Source: Octopus vulgaris
Taxonomy: Eukaryota
Reading direction: 5' to 3'
DNA length: 64,000 nucleotides
Assembly (NCBI GenBank): GCA_951406725.2
Contig: OX597840.1
Coordinates: 7,812,001 to 7,876,000, forward strand
Both the position numbers and the translations under genes were made by a program. Positions within the stretch are counted from its first letter, which is position 1. Each line of letters begins with the position of its first letter. Shown piece by piece: positions 38,470 to 52,289 of this stretch. Below the pieces are notes generated by a model. The model did no database searches, was not told where the DNA came from, and was given only the letters and a program-made list of their open reading frames with translations.

Positions 38470-38695
38470 CTTACTCTCTCTCTTTTACTCTTTTACTTGT
38501 TTCAGTCATTTGACTGTGGCCATGCTGGAGCACCGCCTTTAGTCAAGCAACTCGACCCTGGGACTTATTCTTTGTAAGCCCAATACTTATTCTATTGGTC
38601 TCTTTTGCCAAACCACTAAGTGACAGGTACATAAACACACCAGCATCAGTTGTCAAGCAATGCTAGGGGGACAAACACAGACACACAAACATACA

Positions 38696-38735
<40 letters not shown>

Positions 38736-38900
38736 CATACATATATACGACGGGCTTCTTTCAGTTTCCGTCTACCAAATCCACTCACGAGGCTTTGGTC
38801 GGCCCGGGGCTATAGCAGGAGACACTTGCCCAAGGTGCCACACAGTGAGACTGAACCCAGAACCATGTGGTTGGTAAACAAGCTACTTACCACACAGCCA
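38470..38900 (-). mobile_element. SINE family A
   Basis: Reverse complement of the 8387 copy. Confidence 0.85.
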
Positions 38901-39196
38901 CATGAAACAAAAATTGTTGTGGACATTAAAATGATGATAATGATTATGGATATGGCATATGTGATGATGTGTGTGTAGACATGGTTGGTTGGTTAATGGG
39001 GTTCACTTCTTAACAATTTCATTGTTTTCATTTCAATCCATGTATGCAGAACCATAGGCAAGCATCATCCCCAAAGCATCAAGTTAACCGATGCCTCATC
39101 AATAAAATTTGGTGCATGGAAACTGTGCTGAAATTTCATCACATCTGTACATGTTTTTGTTTATTAGCAAAAGTACATGGTTGGAAAATTTGGTGC

Positions 39197-39540
39197 ATCA
39201 AACAAAAGTACCTTTTGTTGTCTCTTCTAAGTTATGTATCTTAGTTGGGACTTAACCATTCAGCAAATAGCAATCAATAAAATAAGTACCGAAGTATGGG
39301 ACTCGATCATCTAAAATCCCCTAAAATGGGTCAAAAAACCCCTAACATGGCTGTTGTCCAATGACTGAAACAAAAGTACCTTTTGTTGTCTCTTCCAAGT
39401 TATGTATCTTAGTTGGGACTTAACCATTCAGCAAATAGCAATCAATAAATAAGTACCAAAGTATGAGAATCGATCATCTAAAATCCCCTAAACTGGGTCA
39501 AAAAAATCCCCTAACATGGCTGTTGTCCAATGACTGAAAT
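39197..39540. repeat. Tandem duplication of about 170 bp, two copies
   Basis: aaacaaaagtaccttttgttgtctc...gttgtccaatgactgaaa occurs twice, just upstream of exon 39621. Confidence 0.9.
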
Positions 39541-39620
39541 TACCAAAAGAATAAATATGTGTTTCTGTAGGGTACCCTTTAATATTTGTGTTCTTTATTT
39601 TATTTCATTTGATTTTCTAG

Positions 39621-39689
39621 CCGGAGAATCAGCATTTACCACTGACGCAGCTTTTGCTGCTGCATTCCCTAATTCCTCAGTATCAACAG
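39621..39689 (+). CDS. PICALM: AP180/PICALM-family internal exon, 69 nt, phase 1-1
   Basis: atttgattttctag|CCGGA...ACAG|gtaaat. In frame with the previous exon: (A)GESAFTTDAAFAAAFPNSSVST. Confidence 0.75.
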
Positions 39690-39855
39690 GTAAATATTCA
39701 CTAACCATTCCACCTGTAATAATTAACTACACTAACATTTCATATAATTTTTACTGGACAGGGTGGCAGTGGACTGACCAGTCAGTAGAACATCGGACAA
39801 AATCGCCTTCTCCCTACCATTCAGTTGTTATCTTTCCTAACGTTTTTGCATTCAG

Positions 39856-39870
39856 ATCCTTCTGAAGACC
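39856..39870 (+). CDS. Candidate 15-nt microexon (DPSED), phase 1-1
   Basis: cctaacgtttttgcattcag|ATCCTTCTGAAGACC|gtattt. Branch point, U tract containing UGC, and a frame-preserving length. The donor is weak. Confidence 0.4.
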
Positions 39871-40200
39871 GTATTTTTCAATGTGGATGGAAGAGGGGAG
39901 ATGGCTTAGTTGCCAACGACCCAAACATATTGTTCAATGCTAAAAATGTATAGCTTAACAGCAAATTCTTTCAAGCTTAATATAACCAGCACAAATACAC
40001 CTTTTGCTCTAGCCAGGAAATCTGATCCAACTTTGTCCAAATATATTTGGAATTTGAAATGCAGAAATTGAAATTTACCTGGCATTCTGTTATTAAATCT
40101 GCCCTTACATTCTACAGTCAAAACCTCTTGACTATATTATCCACTATGAATACAAGAGGGGAAACAAATTAGTTGCCAACCATACAATCATATTGTTTAA

Positions 40201-40371
40201 CCCCTTACCCAACAATTATTTTGAAAATAAATGTATTTTTTCAGACATATTTTTTAATTGTTTTATTTTACTATGTTTTGGCGAGTCTATCTTTTGACGA
40301 GTTAACTCGCCAGAGATAGAAAAAAACGATTTCGGTCAAAACGAATATATTCGTTTCTGCCGGGTAAGGGG
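40201..40371. mobile_element. piggyBac-type MITE
   Basis: TTAA-CCCCTTACCC...GGGTAAGGGG-TTAA, inserted in one copy of a local duplication. Confidence 0.75.
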
Positions 40372-40999
40372 TTAATGTTAAACATTTATTGCTTAACAGC
40401 AAACCCTTTCAAACTGCATTATAACAAACACAAGCATACATTTTGCCCTAGTCACAAAATTTGATACAACTTTGTCCAAATATATTTGGAATTTGAAATC
40501 CAGAAATTGAAATTTACAAATAAGATGGGTAAATTTGTAAGTTGGTAAGAGCCTACAACCAATAGAGAGATATTTGTCAGCTTTGCTTATTTCAGTAACA
40601 AGCCATTCTGTTCTGTCATAAAAACCTCCTCAATCATAAAATAAAATTAATCCCATTTTGCCAGTATGTCCCAGTTCATTTTCAGAAATTTAAAACTGAA
40701 CGGGTTAGTGTAGCAATTTTTCTAATGGATAAACAATAGCCACTTCTTTTGCTTTTTCCAGCATCCATGCAGCGGCTACAAATAATTGTTTTAAATTTCA
40801 ATTTTTCCATTAATTATTTCTCTGCTTTTATAATAATAATAATAATAATTTGGAATATGGTCTTTTTTATTATTGTGGTATCTTTGTTGAGTTTTGAATA
40901 GGTGTTAGTATGTATGAATGTGTATAAACAAGTGTGTGTGTGTATACGCACATACAAACTTTTGTCTGTATAGAGACGTGTGTGAATGTAGAGAAACAT

Positions 41000-41392
41000 A
41001 TGTACATATAGATATGTATGCACATATGTATGTGTATATATGTATGTATATATATATATGTATGTATATATATATATATATATGTATGTATATATTTATA
41101 TGTCTATATATATATGTCTATATATGTATATATATATATGTATATATATATATATCTCTTTTACTCTTGTATATATATATATATGTATATATATATATGT
41201 ATATATATATGTATATATATATACATGTATGTATATATGTATATATATATATATATATATGTATATGTGTATATATATATATCTATGTATGTATATATAT
41301 ATATGTATATATATATATGTATATATATATATGTATATGTATATATATGTATATGTATGTATATGTATATATATGTATATGTATATATATAG
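41000..41392. repeat. (AT)/(GT) microsatellite field, representative of dozens such as 19070-19350, 26560-26900, 42150-42405, 48195-48390 and 57540-57890
   Basis: Directly visible. Confidence 0.95.
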
Positions 41393-41852
41393 GTAAAACT
41401 TACTTGGAAATGGATGCATGGCATTTGATCATATAATAATATAAATAATAATAATACGCATATATACATGCATATATATATGTACATACCTACATATATA
41501 TGTATATATACATGCATATATGGGTACAGGACGTCAAAAAAGCATGAACAAAATGAAAAACGAGAACATACAAAAACAAAAACAGAAAACAAACTTTTTT
41601 TTCAAACAACAAAAGAAACAAATAGAGAAATGAGACAGGGGACATAAAGAATAATCCCTTCATCAGTTGTCCCCTGTTATATCTATTCCGCATTTCGAAC
41701 AATGTTGCCTGTCTCATATCTCTATTTGTTTCTTTCGAAAACAAAGTTCGCTTTCCATGTTTTTGTTTTCTTAAGTTCTTGTTTTTCATTTTGTTCACGT
41801 TTTTTTTTATGTCCTGTACCCATATATGCACGTATATATATATACATATATG

Positions 41853-42151
41853 TGGAGGCGCAATGGCCCAGTGGTTAGGGCAGCGGACTCGCAGTATGTA
41901 GGATCGCGGTTTCGATTCCCAGACCGGGCGTTGTGAGTGTTTATTGAGCGAAAATACCTAAAAGCTCCACAAGACTCCAGCAGGGGGTAGTGATCCCTGC
42001 TGTACTCTTTCGCCATAGCTTTCTCCTACTCTTCCTTCTGTTCGCCTGCTCGCTTAGCCAGCGGGGTGGCGTCATCTGAAGGCTAAAACAATGCGAACGC
42101 ATTGTGACCAGTGATGTGTAACAACATCTGATGGTCTGGTCGATCACGTGA
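41853..42151 (+). mobile_element. tRNA-derived SINE family C; another copy at 20441-20736 (minus)
   Basis: GGAGGCGCAATGGCCCAGTGGTTAGGGCAGCGGAC...GGTTTCGATTCCC head, with an RTE-like 3' tail. Confidence 0.85.
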
Positions 42152-42195
42152 TATATACATATATATGTAGGTATGTACATATATGTATGTATATA

Positions 42196-42240
<45 letters not shown>

Positions 42241-42302
42241 TATTTATATATATATATATTATTTATATTATTGTATATATATATATATATATTATTTATA
42301 TT

Positions 42303-42341
<39 letters not shown>

Positions 42342-42342
42342 T

Positions 42343-42408
<66 letters not shown>

Positions 42409-43685
42409 GCAGAAATTGTCAGACACATAGATGTTATACAGGATGCAGTTATGACCAGACACTAAGCAAAACTTAAGTGCTACTTTTCCTTATATAATAA
42501 TCATTTGTAAGGTGGCGAGCTGGCAGAAACGTTAGTACGCTGGGCAAAATGCTTAGCGGTATTTTGTCTGTCTTTACGTTCTGAGTTCAAATTCCACCGA
42601 GGTCAGCTTTGCCTGTCATCCTTTCGAGGTCGATAAATTAAGTACCAGTTGTGTACTGGGATCGACTGGCCCCCCCTCCCCCAAAATTTCAGGCCTTGTG
42701 CCTAGAGTAGAAAAGAATGATCGTGTGTCTGTTTATATATGTATAAATATAAATCAATGTACATGTGTATGTTGAGTGTTGTTTACAAGCGTGTGTTTAT
42801 GTGTAAATATATATACATATAAATGAATGCATTCATATATACAATAGGCATTAATGTATATGTATGTATATATCTATGTTCATGTATGCATGTGTGTGTA
42901 TGCATCTGTGTATATATATATGTGAGTGTATATATTCGTTTTTTTTTTTTATTCTATGTATGAGTTGTATTTCTCTTGGCAAGTGACTTCATCCGAAACC
43001 TGCATCATCGAAAATGAAGCCATCACATCCCGGAAGAGCTGTTCTCCTTACAAAATTTCCAAAAAAAAACAAATAGCAAAAAAAAAAAAAAAAGAAATCA
43101 AAACTGAACCTGTTAAATTCCATTTTCCACCTAATTCTCGATGTGGCAACATTTCCCCCCTCCCCGATCTGTGACCTGGTGGAACTGCATGTGTAAGTAG
43201 AGGCCACAGTGATTTACGGAAATATTCAACACATCGGAAAAAAGTAGAAATGAATTTAGCAGGTTTCCTTTTTTTATTAATGTTTCTGTAATTTATATAT
43301 ACCAGACCGGATTTCATATTATCTTTATGTCTCAAACTCAAGATAATTAAAGCTCTTTAATATTTGTCAAGAATGGCTCCTCATCGATGAAAAAAAACTC
43401 TAATTTTACATTTATTTATAACATAAATACCTTTACAGTTTGATAAGGGTGCAAAAATCAAAAAAAAAATTGCTATTAGATATTCGTTTTAATTCCAAAA
43501 TTGTTATATTAATCGACCTGTTTGTTAACACTGTTATCACTAATTTTGTGAAATAATTTTGTGAAACATTTTAATTAAACAATGTCTTAGAAATTTGCTT
43601 TGGAAATTTACTTACCAAATTTGATGGCATAGAATATGCACTGTTACCCAATCCACAAGGAAAAGTCTCAAAAAAACCACCCTGA

Positions 43686-43739
<54 letters not shown>

Positions 43740-43959
43740 GACTTTCATAGATGATTTTTTCCTGAATAAAAGATATCTGAACTTGGGTTACCTCTTATAT
43801 TCTTGTGTGTCTTTTATACCATCTGCGTGTGTGTGTGTGTATAGAAACAAGGTCACAAGAGATGGTTGGAGTCTGGACAGCTACCTGCTGACCAGCTTCA
43901 TGTCAAACCGTCCAACCTATGCCCACATGAAAGCTGGATATTAAATGATGATGATGATG

Positions 43960-43997
<38 letters not shown>

Positions 43998-44356
43998 AAA
44001 TATAAATTAAATTAGAGATAAAACCACTATTAGGCAAATCAAACAGTGAAAAACATAAACCAAAACATAGAAATAAAAATAATTAATATAATATACAAAA
44101 TATATAAAATATAAAATTTAAATTATTTGAATTTAAAATTATTAATTTATATTTTTAAATTTTTATATTTTTAAAAATATTTTAAAAATTTAAATTAATA
44201 AATTAAAAAATGTTTAAACTTTTAGATTTAAAAAAAAATTTAAATATATATAACTATCAAAAAGTATTAAAAAGTTTAATATAAGATAATAAGTATATAT
44301 ATATATATATATGTATGTATATATATATATATATACATACACACACATTCACGTAC

Positions 44357-44409
<53 letters not shown>

Positions 44410-45494
44410 TGTATACATACATACACACACATTTACATACATATATCATCATCATCATCATTTAGCATCCGCTTTCCATGCTAGCATGGGTTGGACGGTT
44501 CAACTGGGGTCTGGGAAGCCAGAAGGCTGCACCAGGCCCAGTCTGATCTGGCAATGTTTCTACAAGTGGATGCCCTTCCTAACGCCAACCACTCCGTGAG
44601 TGTAGTCGGTGCTTTTTACGTGCCACCCGTGTATATATAATGTATATATACACACACACACTCTTTTATATGTGTATTGTATTTGGTGGTGTATAAGACA
44701 CACATTTTTACTCAAAAACTCTCTAAAGAAAATCACCTCCTTCCTACATGCAAAGCAGGGTTTACATAACAGACCTCTAAATACTCCCCATAAAACGTTT
44801 TTCTGTGCTCCAAAATATTTGCTGCTGAAACTGGGTGCCTGTAATATGCCATCAAAAAGGGTACTCATTTTACCCCCTGCTGTTTCTAAAATTGCTTTTC
44901 TCTTTTTTCTCTCTCTCTTTATTCTTATTCTTATTGTTATTCCCCGTTTCTCTTGCTTTTGTACTTTGTATTTTCTTCTGACGTTGCTTTATAACCATGT
45001 TGCTTTTCGTTTTCGTACCAGGCTTTCATCTTTCTTAATTTAATATCTACACCATTAATCGCTTTGCTCTTCCTCTGGCCATTCCATTGAAACCAACTGT
45101 AAAACAGTCTTTAATCTTTTAACCTTTGTTTTGAAAACGAAACAGTACAAAATATACATCTACACACATATATAAAACAGTATATAATGTTGCTTTCTTT
45201 GTTGTTTCATGTTTGTACCATTATTATTGTTATTGTTATCATTATTCATGTTAATATTGTTTATTATTATCGCTGTTATTACTCTTATTACCAGGGTGGT
45301 AGATTGGCAAAATGGTATGAGTATCAGACAAAATGCCCACCATTCTTGGGAGTGTTGTGACAATAGATATCTCAGGCGCCTCTTCCTTAGGGTCCTTTCA
45401 GAAGCTATCATTATTTGACATTCTTGCTACATTCTCAAGTGTGTCCAGCTAAGACACGGCTCATTCTTGGCCTACCCATAGGTCTCCTACCAGT

Positions 45495-45684
45495 TACTCT
45501 TTTACTTGTTTCGGTCATTTGACTGCGGCCATGCTGGAGCACCGCCTTTAGTCGAGGAAATCGACTCCCAGGACTTATACTTTGTAAGCCTAGTACTTAT
45601 TCTATCGGTCTCTTTTGCCGAACCGCTAAGTTACGGGGACGTAAACACACCAGCATCGGTTGTCAAGCAATGCTAGAGGGACAA

Positions 45685-45751
<67 letters not shown>

Positions 45752-45886
45752 TACGACGAGCTTCTTTCAGTTTCCGTCTACCAAATCCACTCACAAGGCT
45801 TTGGTCGGCCCGGGGCTATAGTAGAAGACACTTGCCCAAGGTGCCATGCAGTGGGACTGAACCCGGAACGATGTGGTTGGTAAGCA
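45495..45886 (-). mobile_element. SINE family A
   Basis: Reverse complement of the 8387 copy, 5' truncated. Confidence 0.85.
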
Positions 45887-47221
45887 AATATTCTGTTTTG
45901 TGCTCAGAGTAGCCTCTCACACCTACCCTACAATGTCATTCTAAAAATAAACAATCACGTCATTGAAATCTTGAAGCTATGAGATAAGGCATGATTAATT
46001 AAAAATATATGGATAAATAAGCATTTGACAGGATAATCCGAATGCCAAAGGATTAAAGGATGTGCTCCAGTATGGTTGTAGACCAATGACTGAAGTCAAT
46101 AATCATCGTTTAGCATCCACTTTCCATGCTAGCATGGGTTGGACGGTGCAACTGGGGTCTGGGAAGCCAGGAGGCTGCACAGGCCCAGTCTGATCTGGCA
46201 ATGTTTCTATGGCTGGATGCCCTTCCTAATGCCAACCTCTCCATGAGTGTAGTGGGTGCTTTTTACATGCCACCGGCACAGGTGCCAGGCTGGGCTGGCA
46301 AACGGCCACGATCGGATGGTGCTTTTTACATGCCAACGGCACGGAGGCCAGGCAAGGCTGGTATACAAAAAGGTAACTTTTTAAACAAAGAGGTAGGTGT
46401 TAAAATCTCATGGGAGTGAAACAGCCAAGGAATTAAGGGTTGATCTGTTTAGCTGTTATTTTAATTAGTACATGATTATTTTTATTATTATCTGTCCTCT
46501 ACAAAAATATTAATATTTATTAAATGTTTTACTCAACCTATTGGTTTCCTGTGAGACCAGCAATTCCTGAATTTTTTCTATATATCAGTAGGGGCTAAAT
46601 TTGTTTAGACATGCAGGCTTACAAAAATAAGTCCTGGGGTTAATTTGTTTCACTGAAACAAGTAGAAGGTAAAAGAAGTACTTACAACATGGAAGCAAAG
46701 GTACTAACTAACTGGCACATAAATCTAGTCTGTTGTTAAATTACCATTAAATTCTGTGTATATCGGTGAATTGGTTGGGTCATTACAGCGCTTGATGGAT
46801 TATTCCTGCAATATTTGTTCTGGCTCTGCATTCTGGGTTCAAATCCTGTTAAGGGAAAAATGAAATCACTAATAGAATATATGATGAATGAGCAAAAGCA
46901 AGAAAAAACACAAGAGAGGCAAGTGTTAACAAATGTGTTATTAGTCTAATGCTGGTGACGAAAGGGTCCCTAAGGTTTCGGGCACTAGCTCTTGGTAAGA
47001 AAAATGAGAAAGGAAAAGTGGTGGAAGGGAGGGAAAAAGAAGGGGAAAAGGTTCAGGGGTTGGGTGGGAATGTGGCTCTTGCATGCTTAATATTTTGCTG
47101 TGTACAATTGTAGCTTTGGTTTAGAGAAACTTGTCTAAGGTGAAGAGAAAAAAAAAATGTCGAAAGCGAAAGAAATGCGACTAATCTTGTCCTTCCTAAC
47201 TTTTGTTGCATGTGCTAGCAG

Positions 47222-47326
47222 GGGTAATGGACATGATATCTCCTTCTAATGCTGCTACCACTACTACTACTCCTTCTGCCTCTCTTGCTGCAATGGCACA
47301 GAGCACTTCACCAGCGCCACCTGCAG
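47222..47326 (+). CDS. PICALM: AP180/PICALM-family internal exon, 105 nt, phase 1-1, NAGNAG acceptor
   Basis: Branch-like ctaac, then tag/cag|GGGTA...GCAG|gtactt. Reads (G)VMDMISPSNAATTTTTPSASLAAMAQSTSPAPPA, an S/T/A/P-rich peptide that keeps frame. Confidence 0.7.
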
Positions 47327-47776
47327 GTACTTGACCTTAACTTTCTCTCTTTCTATTTCTTCTCTCTCTATCTTTGCACCGTTTTATGATTCATTTGTAA
47401 AGCTGGAAAAACCTCAACAAGAAAGCTTTTTATGATGTACTTGAGTTTTTTTGGTGTTTTTGTCCTACTGTAATGCCTGTATCTAACAATCACGGGTAGT
47501 TTAAAGCATGTTTAGCAGCATGTAACTCCCTAACTGAATGTTTTAGATTGTAAAATTCATGTGTATATATATATATATTTTTTTTATAATTATGAGTATA
47601 ATTATAATTAGGGTTCAGCAAAAAAAATATTTGCTTCACCACATACCGAACTTTAGAAATAGCAGCCAAAGAACTTAGTTATTTCTTCTACTATAAGAAG
47701 AAACCGAAAATGGTCCTTTTAACTACTTGGTGGAATTATTAATTATTAATTAATTAATTTTACTCTTTATTATTAT

Positions 47777-47823
<47 letters not shown>

Positions 47824-48192
47824 TAAATAAGCCCTCAAAACTTTTATGTCTCGTCGTGGTCGGCATAAAAGTTTTGAGGGCTTGCAGTCGGCAGGTGGAT
47901 GTCTCCAGGATCGTTCGGCAGGATGCCCGAGACGTCAGCCTAAGACGCCGTCAGCCCGGCGGGTGGCCGCCGCCTTCACGCCACCCTTCATTCTCCGTTT
48001 GGCGTTAGGAAGGGCATCCAGCTGTAGAAACATTGCCAGATAAGACCGGAGCCTGGTGCAGCCTTCTGGCTTCCCAGATCCCTGGTCGAACCGTCCAACC
48101 CATGCTAGCATGGAGAACGGATGTTAAACGATGATGATGAAATAAATGGAGTTTAACGCAGGTTAATTGTTAACAAGGTGAAAATACACTCA

Positions 48193-48253
<61 letters not shown>

Positions 48254-48293
48254 ATATATATATATATATATATTGATATATATATATATATAT

Positions 48294-48382
<89 letters not shown>

Positions 48383-48390
48383 ATATATAT

Positions 48391-48978
48391 GTTTAATACA
48401 GCTCTTATACCACATCGAGGATGTCCTTAAACCCTTGGGATCTGGTTCAAACTTTGATGTCATATATCTTGACTTCAGTAAAGCGTTTGACAGAGTCATC
48501 CACAATATCCTACAGTCAAAATTGTCAAATGTTGGAATCCGTGGAAACTACTACACTGGATTGAGTATTTCCTGGAGAACAGAACACATGTTGTGTTCAG
48601 TGTGATCCACTCAAGCCCAGCAAAAGTCACCAGTGGTGTCCCTCAAGTAACTGTCTTTGGCCTGCTTCTGTCTATAGTCTATATAAACAAAATTTCAAGT
48701 GTCGTAAAACACAGCAAAGTGAAAATATTCACCGATGACTCCGAGCTCCAGAAAATTATCAACGGAGAAGAAAACCCAACTGAACTACAGACTGGTCTAC
48801 ATGTTGTAGGTCAGTGGGCAGGCAAAAACAAAATGTGGTTAAACGAGGGAAAATTTCAACTGATGATTTTGGAAGAAAGACTATGCTAAAATAACCATAT
48901 TCTCTTCCTTCGGGGGAACCACTCACAGCATCTGATAATATCAGAGACCTGGGAGTAATTGTTGACAACAATTTCAGT
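48391..48978 (+). mobile_element. CR1-like LINE reverse transcriptase fragment, frameshifted
   Basis: DVIYLDFSKAFDRV, SGVPQVTVFG, IFTDDSEL, QW..NKMWLNEGK, IRDLGVIVD. Confidence 0.85.
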
Positions 48979-49574
48979 TATTTTCTGTTGAGTTTTTCCA
49001 GTTTCACATAGAATAATAGTAAAAAAAAAGTATACACACTACTTCTGTATTGAGTTCTTTTCTCTCGTTTGTAAGTTCAGTTACCTACTTTTCTCAGTTT
49101 CCCTAATATGCCATTTAGATTTTGAGGAAAGCTGGATAATTGGCTCTGTAGTTGGCTAGGTGTAGTGTAAACACCTATATACGATATATACACAAGCATT
49201 GTGTTAAATGAACGAGAGAGGTGTGCACAGTGCATATTTCTCGTGTAACTCTAGATTCATGCTACTGAAACCTTCAGCTGAGAACTCACCTGAAGATTGC
49301 TGTAGTATGAAACTGAAGACAAGACATTAACAAAAAAAACAGGAACCATCTTCAGTAAGTTTTATATATATATATATATAAAACTTACTGAAGATGGTTT
49401 CTGTGTTTTTTTCTTATGTCTTGTCTTGAGTTTCATGCTACAGCAATCTTCAGGTGTGTGTATAAACGTAGTGTACAGATGCTTACAAAGGGGTTCAATA
49501 CTTCAAGTAGTGTGTATATTTTATGAGAAGTTGAAGTTTCTTGAATTGTAACAGTGGCTTGTCGTACTACCAAT

Positions 49575-49627
<53 letters not shown>

Positions 49628-49686
49628 ATGTGTATGCTTCATTAGTCGATGTTGTGCAGTATGTTTGCATGTGTGTATACATATAA

Positions 49687-49717
<31 letters not shown>

Positions 49718-50225
49718 AAAAAGCTTACATGTTTGCATGAACTTGTTTCATTTGTTTTGCGATACACAAGTATATATATATATCTGCTTAATCCATGTTT
49801 AATGTTTTTGTTGCTTGCATCATCGTCTCTTTGTTCTCGTGCTATTGTTGTGTTGACCTCAATGTATCATCATTGTCGTAGCCGTTCACCATAGCTGTAT
49901 ATACACATCTGCACATCACTTCTACTCTTCGTAGAGGATGTACCGTCTTCTATAGTTCAAGACATTTCTTTGGAAATATTGCTAACTGTCTGTTGAAGTA
50001 CCACATTTAGTGGCATTTAAGATGCATTAACCATTTTTTCTTTTTCCTGGAAAAAAATGGTTCAAAGAACACACCTCAGGTCCTTCATGCGATGTTGCTT
50101 TAAATATGACATGCATCAATGCACTACAATCTTTATTTTTTAAATATGTGCTGCTGAAATTGCAGTGCCCCTCATATGCCTGTACATTTTTATGCCATCT
50201 GTCTGTCTGTCTATATCTCTTTCTT

Positions 50226-50270
<45 letters not shown>

Positions 50271-50311
50271 ATACACATACATACACATGCATTGTAGTTT
50301 ATGGTGTATGA

Positions 50312-51188
50312 CAGGCATGTCAAACATGCAACCCATGGGACACACATGGCTCTTCTCACACACAAGTGCAACCCGCAAGTAGCATAACTAGAGGTTTAAA
50401 AATGTGGAACCCCAAAACTTTTTAACACTAAAAATTATTAATAATAATTTAATTAATAATGGAAAACAGGCATCGGAAGGGTGATGCATACCCAGCGTGC
50501 ACACAAGAATAAATAAAATTTAATTCAATAATCTCAGACAAAATCATATTTTAACAAAATGACATCATTTATGTATATGTAACAAAAATTAAAACATTTT
50601 GATTCACCCATCCACCAGTTCTGAAGATAATTAAACCAAAATTTAATGAGTTTGAGCCACTCACCCAATGAGTATTTCTGCCAAATTTGGTGAAAATCCG
50701 TTCAGCCATTTTCCAGTAATTTTGCAAACACACAGACAAATAGACAAAAACGAGTGACTACAATACCCTCCTTTTGCTTACACGTGCAGGGTAAATTTAG
50801 GATCATTAATGAGCAAATAAAAGGTTTTAACCCTTTCGTTACCAACTCTGGCTCTGTAGTACAAATGTCTTGTTTTCATAAGTTTCGAATTAGAATCTTC
50901 CACCAAACCTTAGTCACAATTAATGTTCCTAACACTAGTTTAATGATAACGAAGTTATTTTACTAAATTCTTTGTTATATTTAAAGTAATTGAAAGAAAC
51001 ACAGAGCATCTCAAAATAAATACAGTAATGAAAGGGTTAAAAGATTTTTACTTAATAAACAATTAACATGAAGGAAATTTTTGTAGTAAATGTGGGTTTA
51101 AATTCATCTGGCCCCACCCCGTCTCCCATCATGGTAACATGTATATGAGCCACGAGTCCCATAGGGATTCTGCTGTTTGACATTCCTG
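50312..51188. mobile_element. hAT-like MITE with nested insertions
   Basis: TIRs caggcatgtcaaac / gtttgacattcctg. The 8-bp flanks gtgtatga / ttgtataa match at 6 of 8 positions. Confidence 0.55.
50831..51036. mobile_element. piggyBac-type MITE
   Basis: TTAA-CCCTTTCGTTAC...GTAATGAAAGGG-TTAA. Confidence 0.75.
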
Positions 51189-51717
51189 TTGTATAAGATG
51201 CACAATTTTTATTCCAAAAGAATGTCTCAGAAAACCAAACCAAGTCCAAAATACAAAATTACACTGATATTACTTACTTTAATGTCTGAAATGCTTATTT
51301 CTATTCCCTTTGCATCATTTATGCAACCAAATAGTCGTTGTATAAGACACCAGAAGCCAAATTAGGGTTTGTTTGACCTCTCTTTTTCTCTCTCTCTCTG
51401 TCTTTCTCTCTCCCTCTGTCTACGCACTCTTAGAAATGCACCTAGATGCATAGAATCAGATTCAAGAGTGTATATATATATATATACATATATATAGTTG
51501 AGATGGTAAACGTTTTTAATTTTCATTCCTTTCATGAATTTATCCTTTTTTGTGGTATTGAGATTTCTACTGCTCTTTCTAGCACAACACTTTCCTATTT
51601 GGAAGCCTTTTATTATATATATATATAAAATCATATTTTATATATTTATACTGTGAAATTTGATTTATACTAAATCTAATTTTTCCCTGTAAGTTTTGGA
51701 GCCATACTCCCTAATGC

Positions 51718-51749
<32 letters not shown>

Positions 51750-52289
51750 TCGTGTACTGTAATTTTATAAGACATCAGAAACCAATTTAGGATTGGTTTG
51801 GTTCTCTCTGTTTTTCTCTCTCTCTCTCTACTTCTATATACACACTCTCAAATGCACTTACATGTATATAATCAGATTCAAGAAAACACACACATACTCT
51901 TATGTCCTGTATTTTTATTGGTTTGAAATTCCAAATGAGCAAATATTTGCATATTGTTGAAAGTGTGACTGTCACTTTGACTTCCTACTTGATGTTTAAC
52001 TCTTCAGCATTTAAACTGGCCATTTCCAGCCCAAATATTCTACCTGTTTTTATGTTCAGAGTGGCTAGACCCGGTCCATCACACCTGTCCTACAGTGTCT
52101 TTCTAAAAAATAAACAATCACATCAAAATCTCAAAGCTATGAGACAATGCACAATTAATTGAAAACAAGGTGAATAAACAAGCATTACAGTTGACAGAGT
52201 AATCTGAAGGCTAAAGGGTTAAGCCATTGTGGTTCTGATGGTTCTGGCCAGGTTTTAGATACTGTCAGTGTCTCTTAATTCAATCATAA

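Noticed and set aside
40918-41436. Long YIYI/VCVC ORFs here and throughout the window
   Set aside because: They are translations of (AT)n/(GT)n microsatellites, which lack stop codons.
41640-41705. Minus-strand CTGATGA and GAAA between inverted arms
   Set aside because: I could not build stems I and III, so it is not called a hammerhead.
41853-41930. tRNA-like sequences at SINE heads (also 18743 and 8387)
   Set aside because: No complete cloverleaf. They run on into multi-copy SINE bodies.
49287-49458. CTGAAGA-hairpin-GAAA on both arms of an inverted repeat
   Set aside because: No UH site and no stem I. At most a dead remnant.
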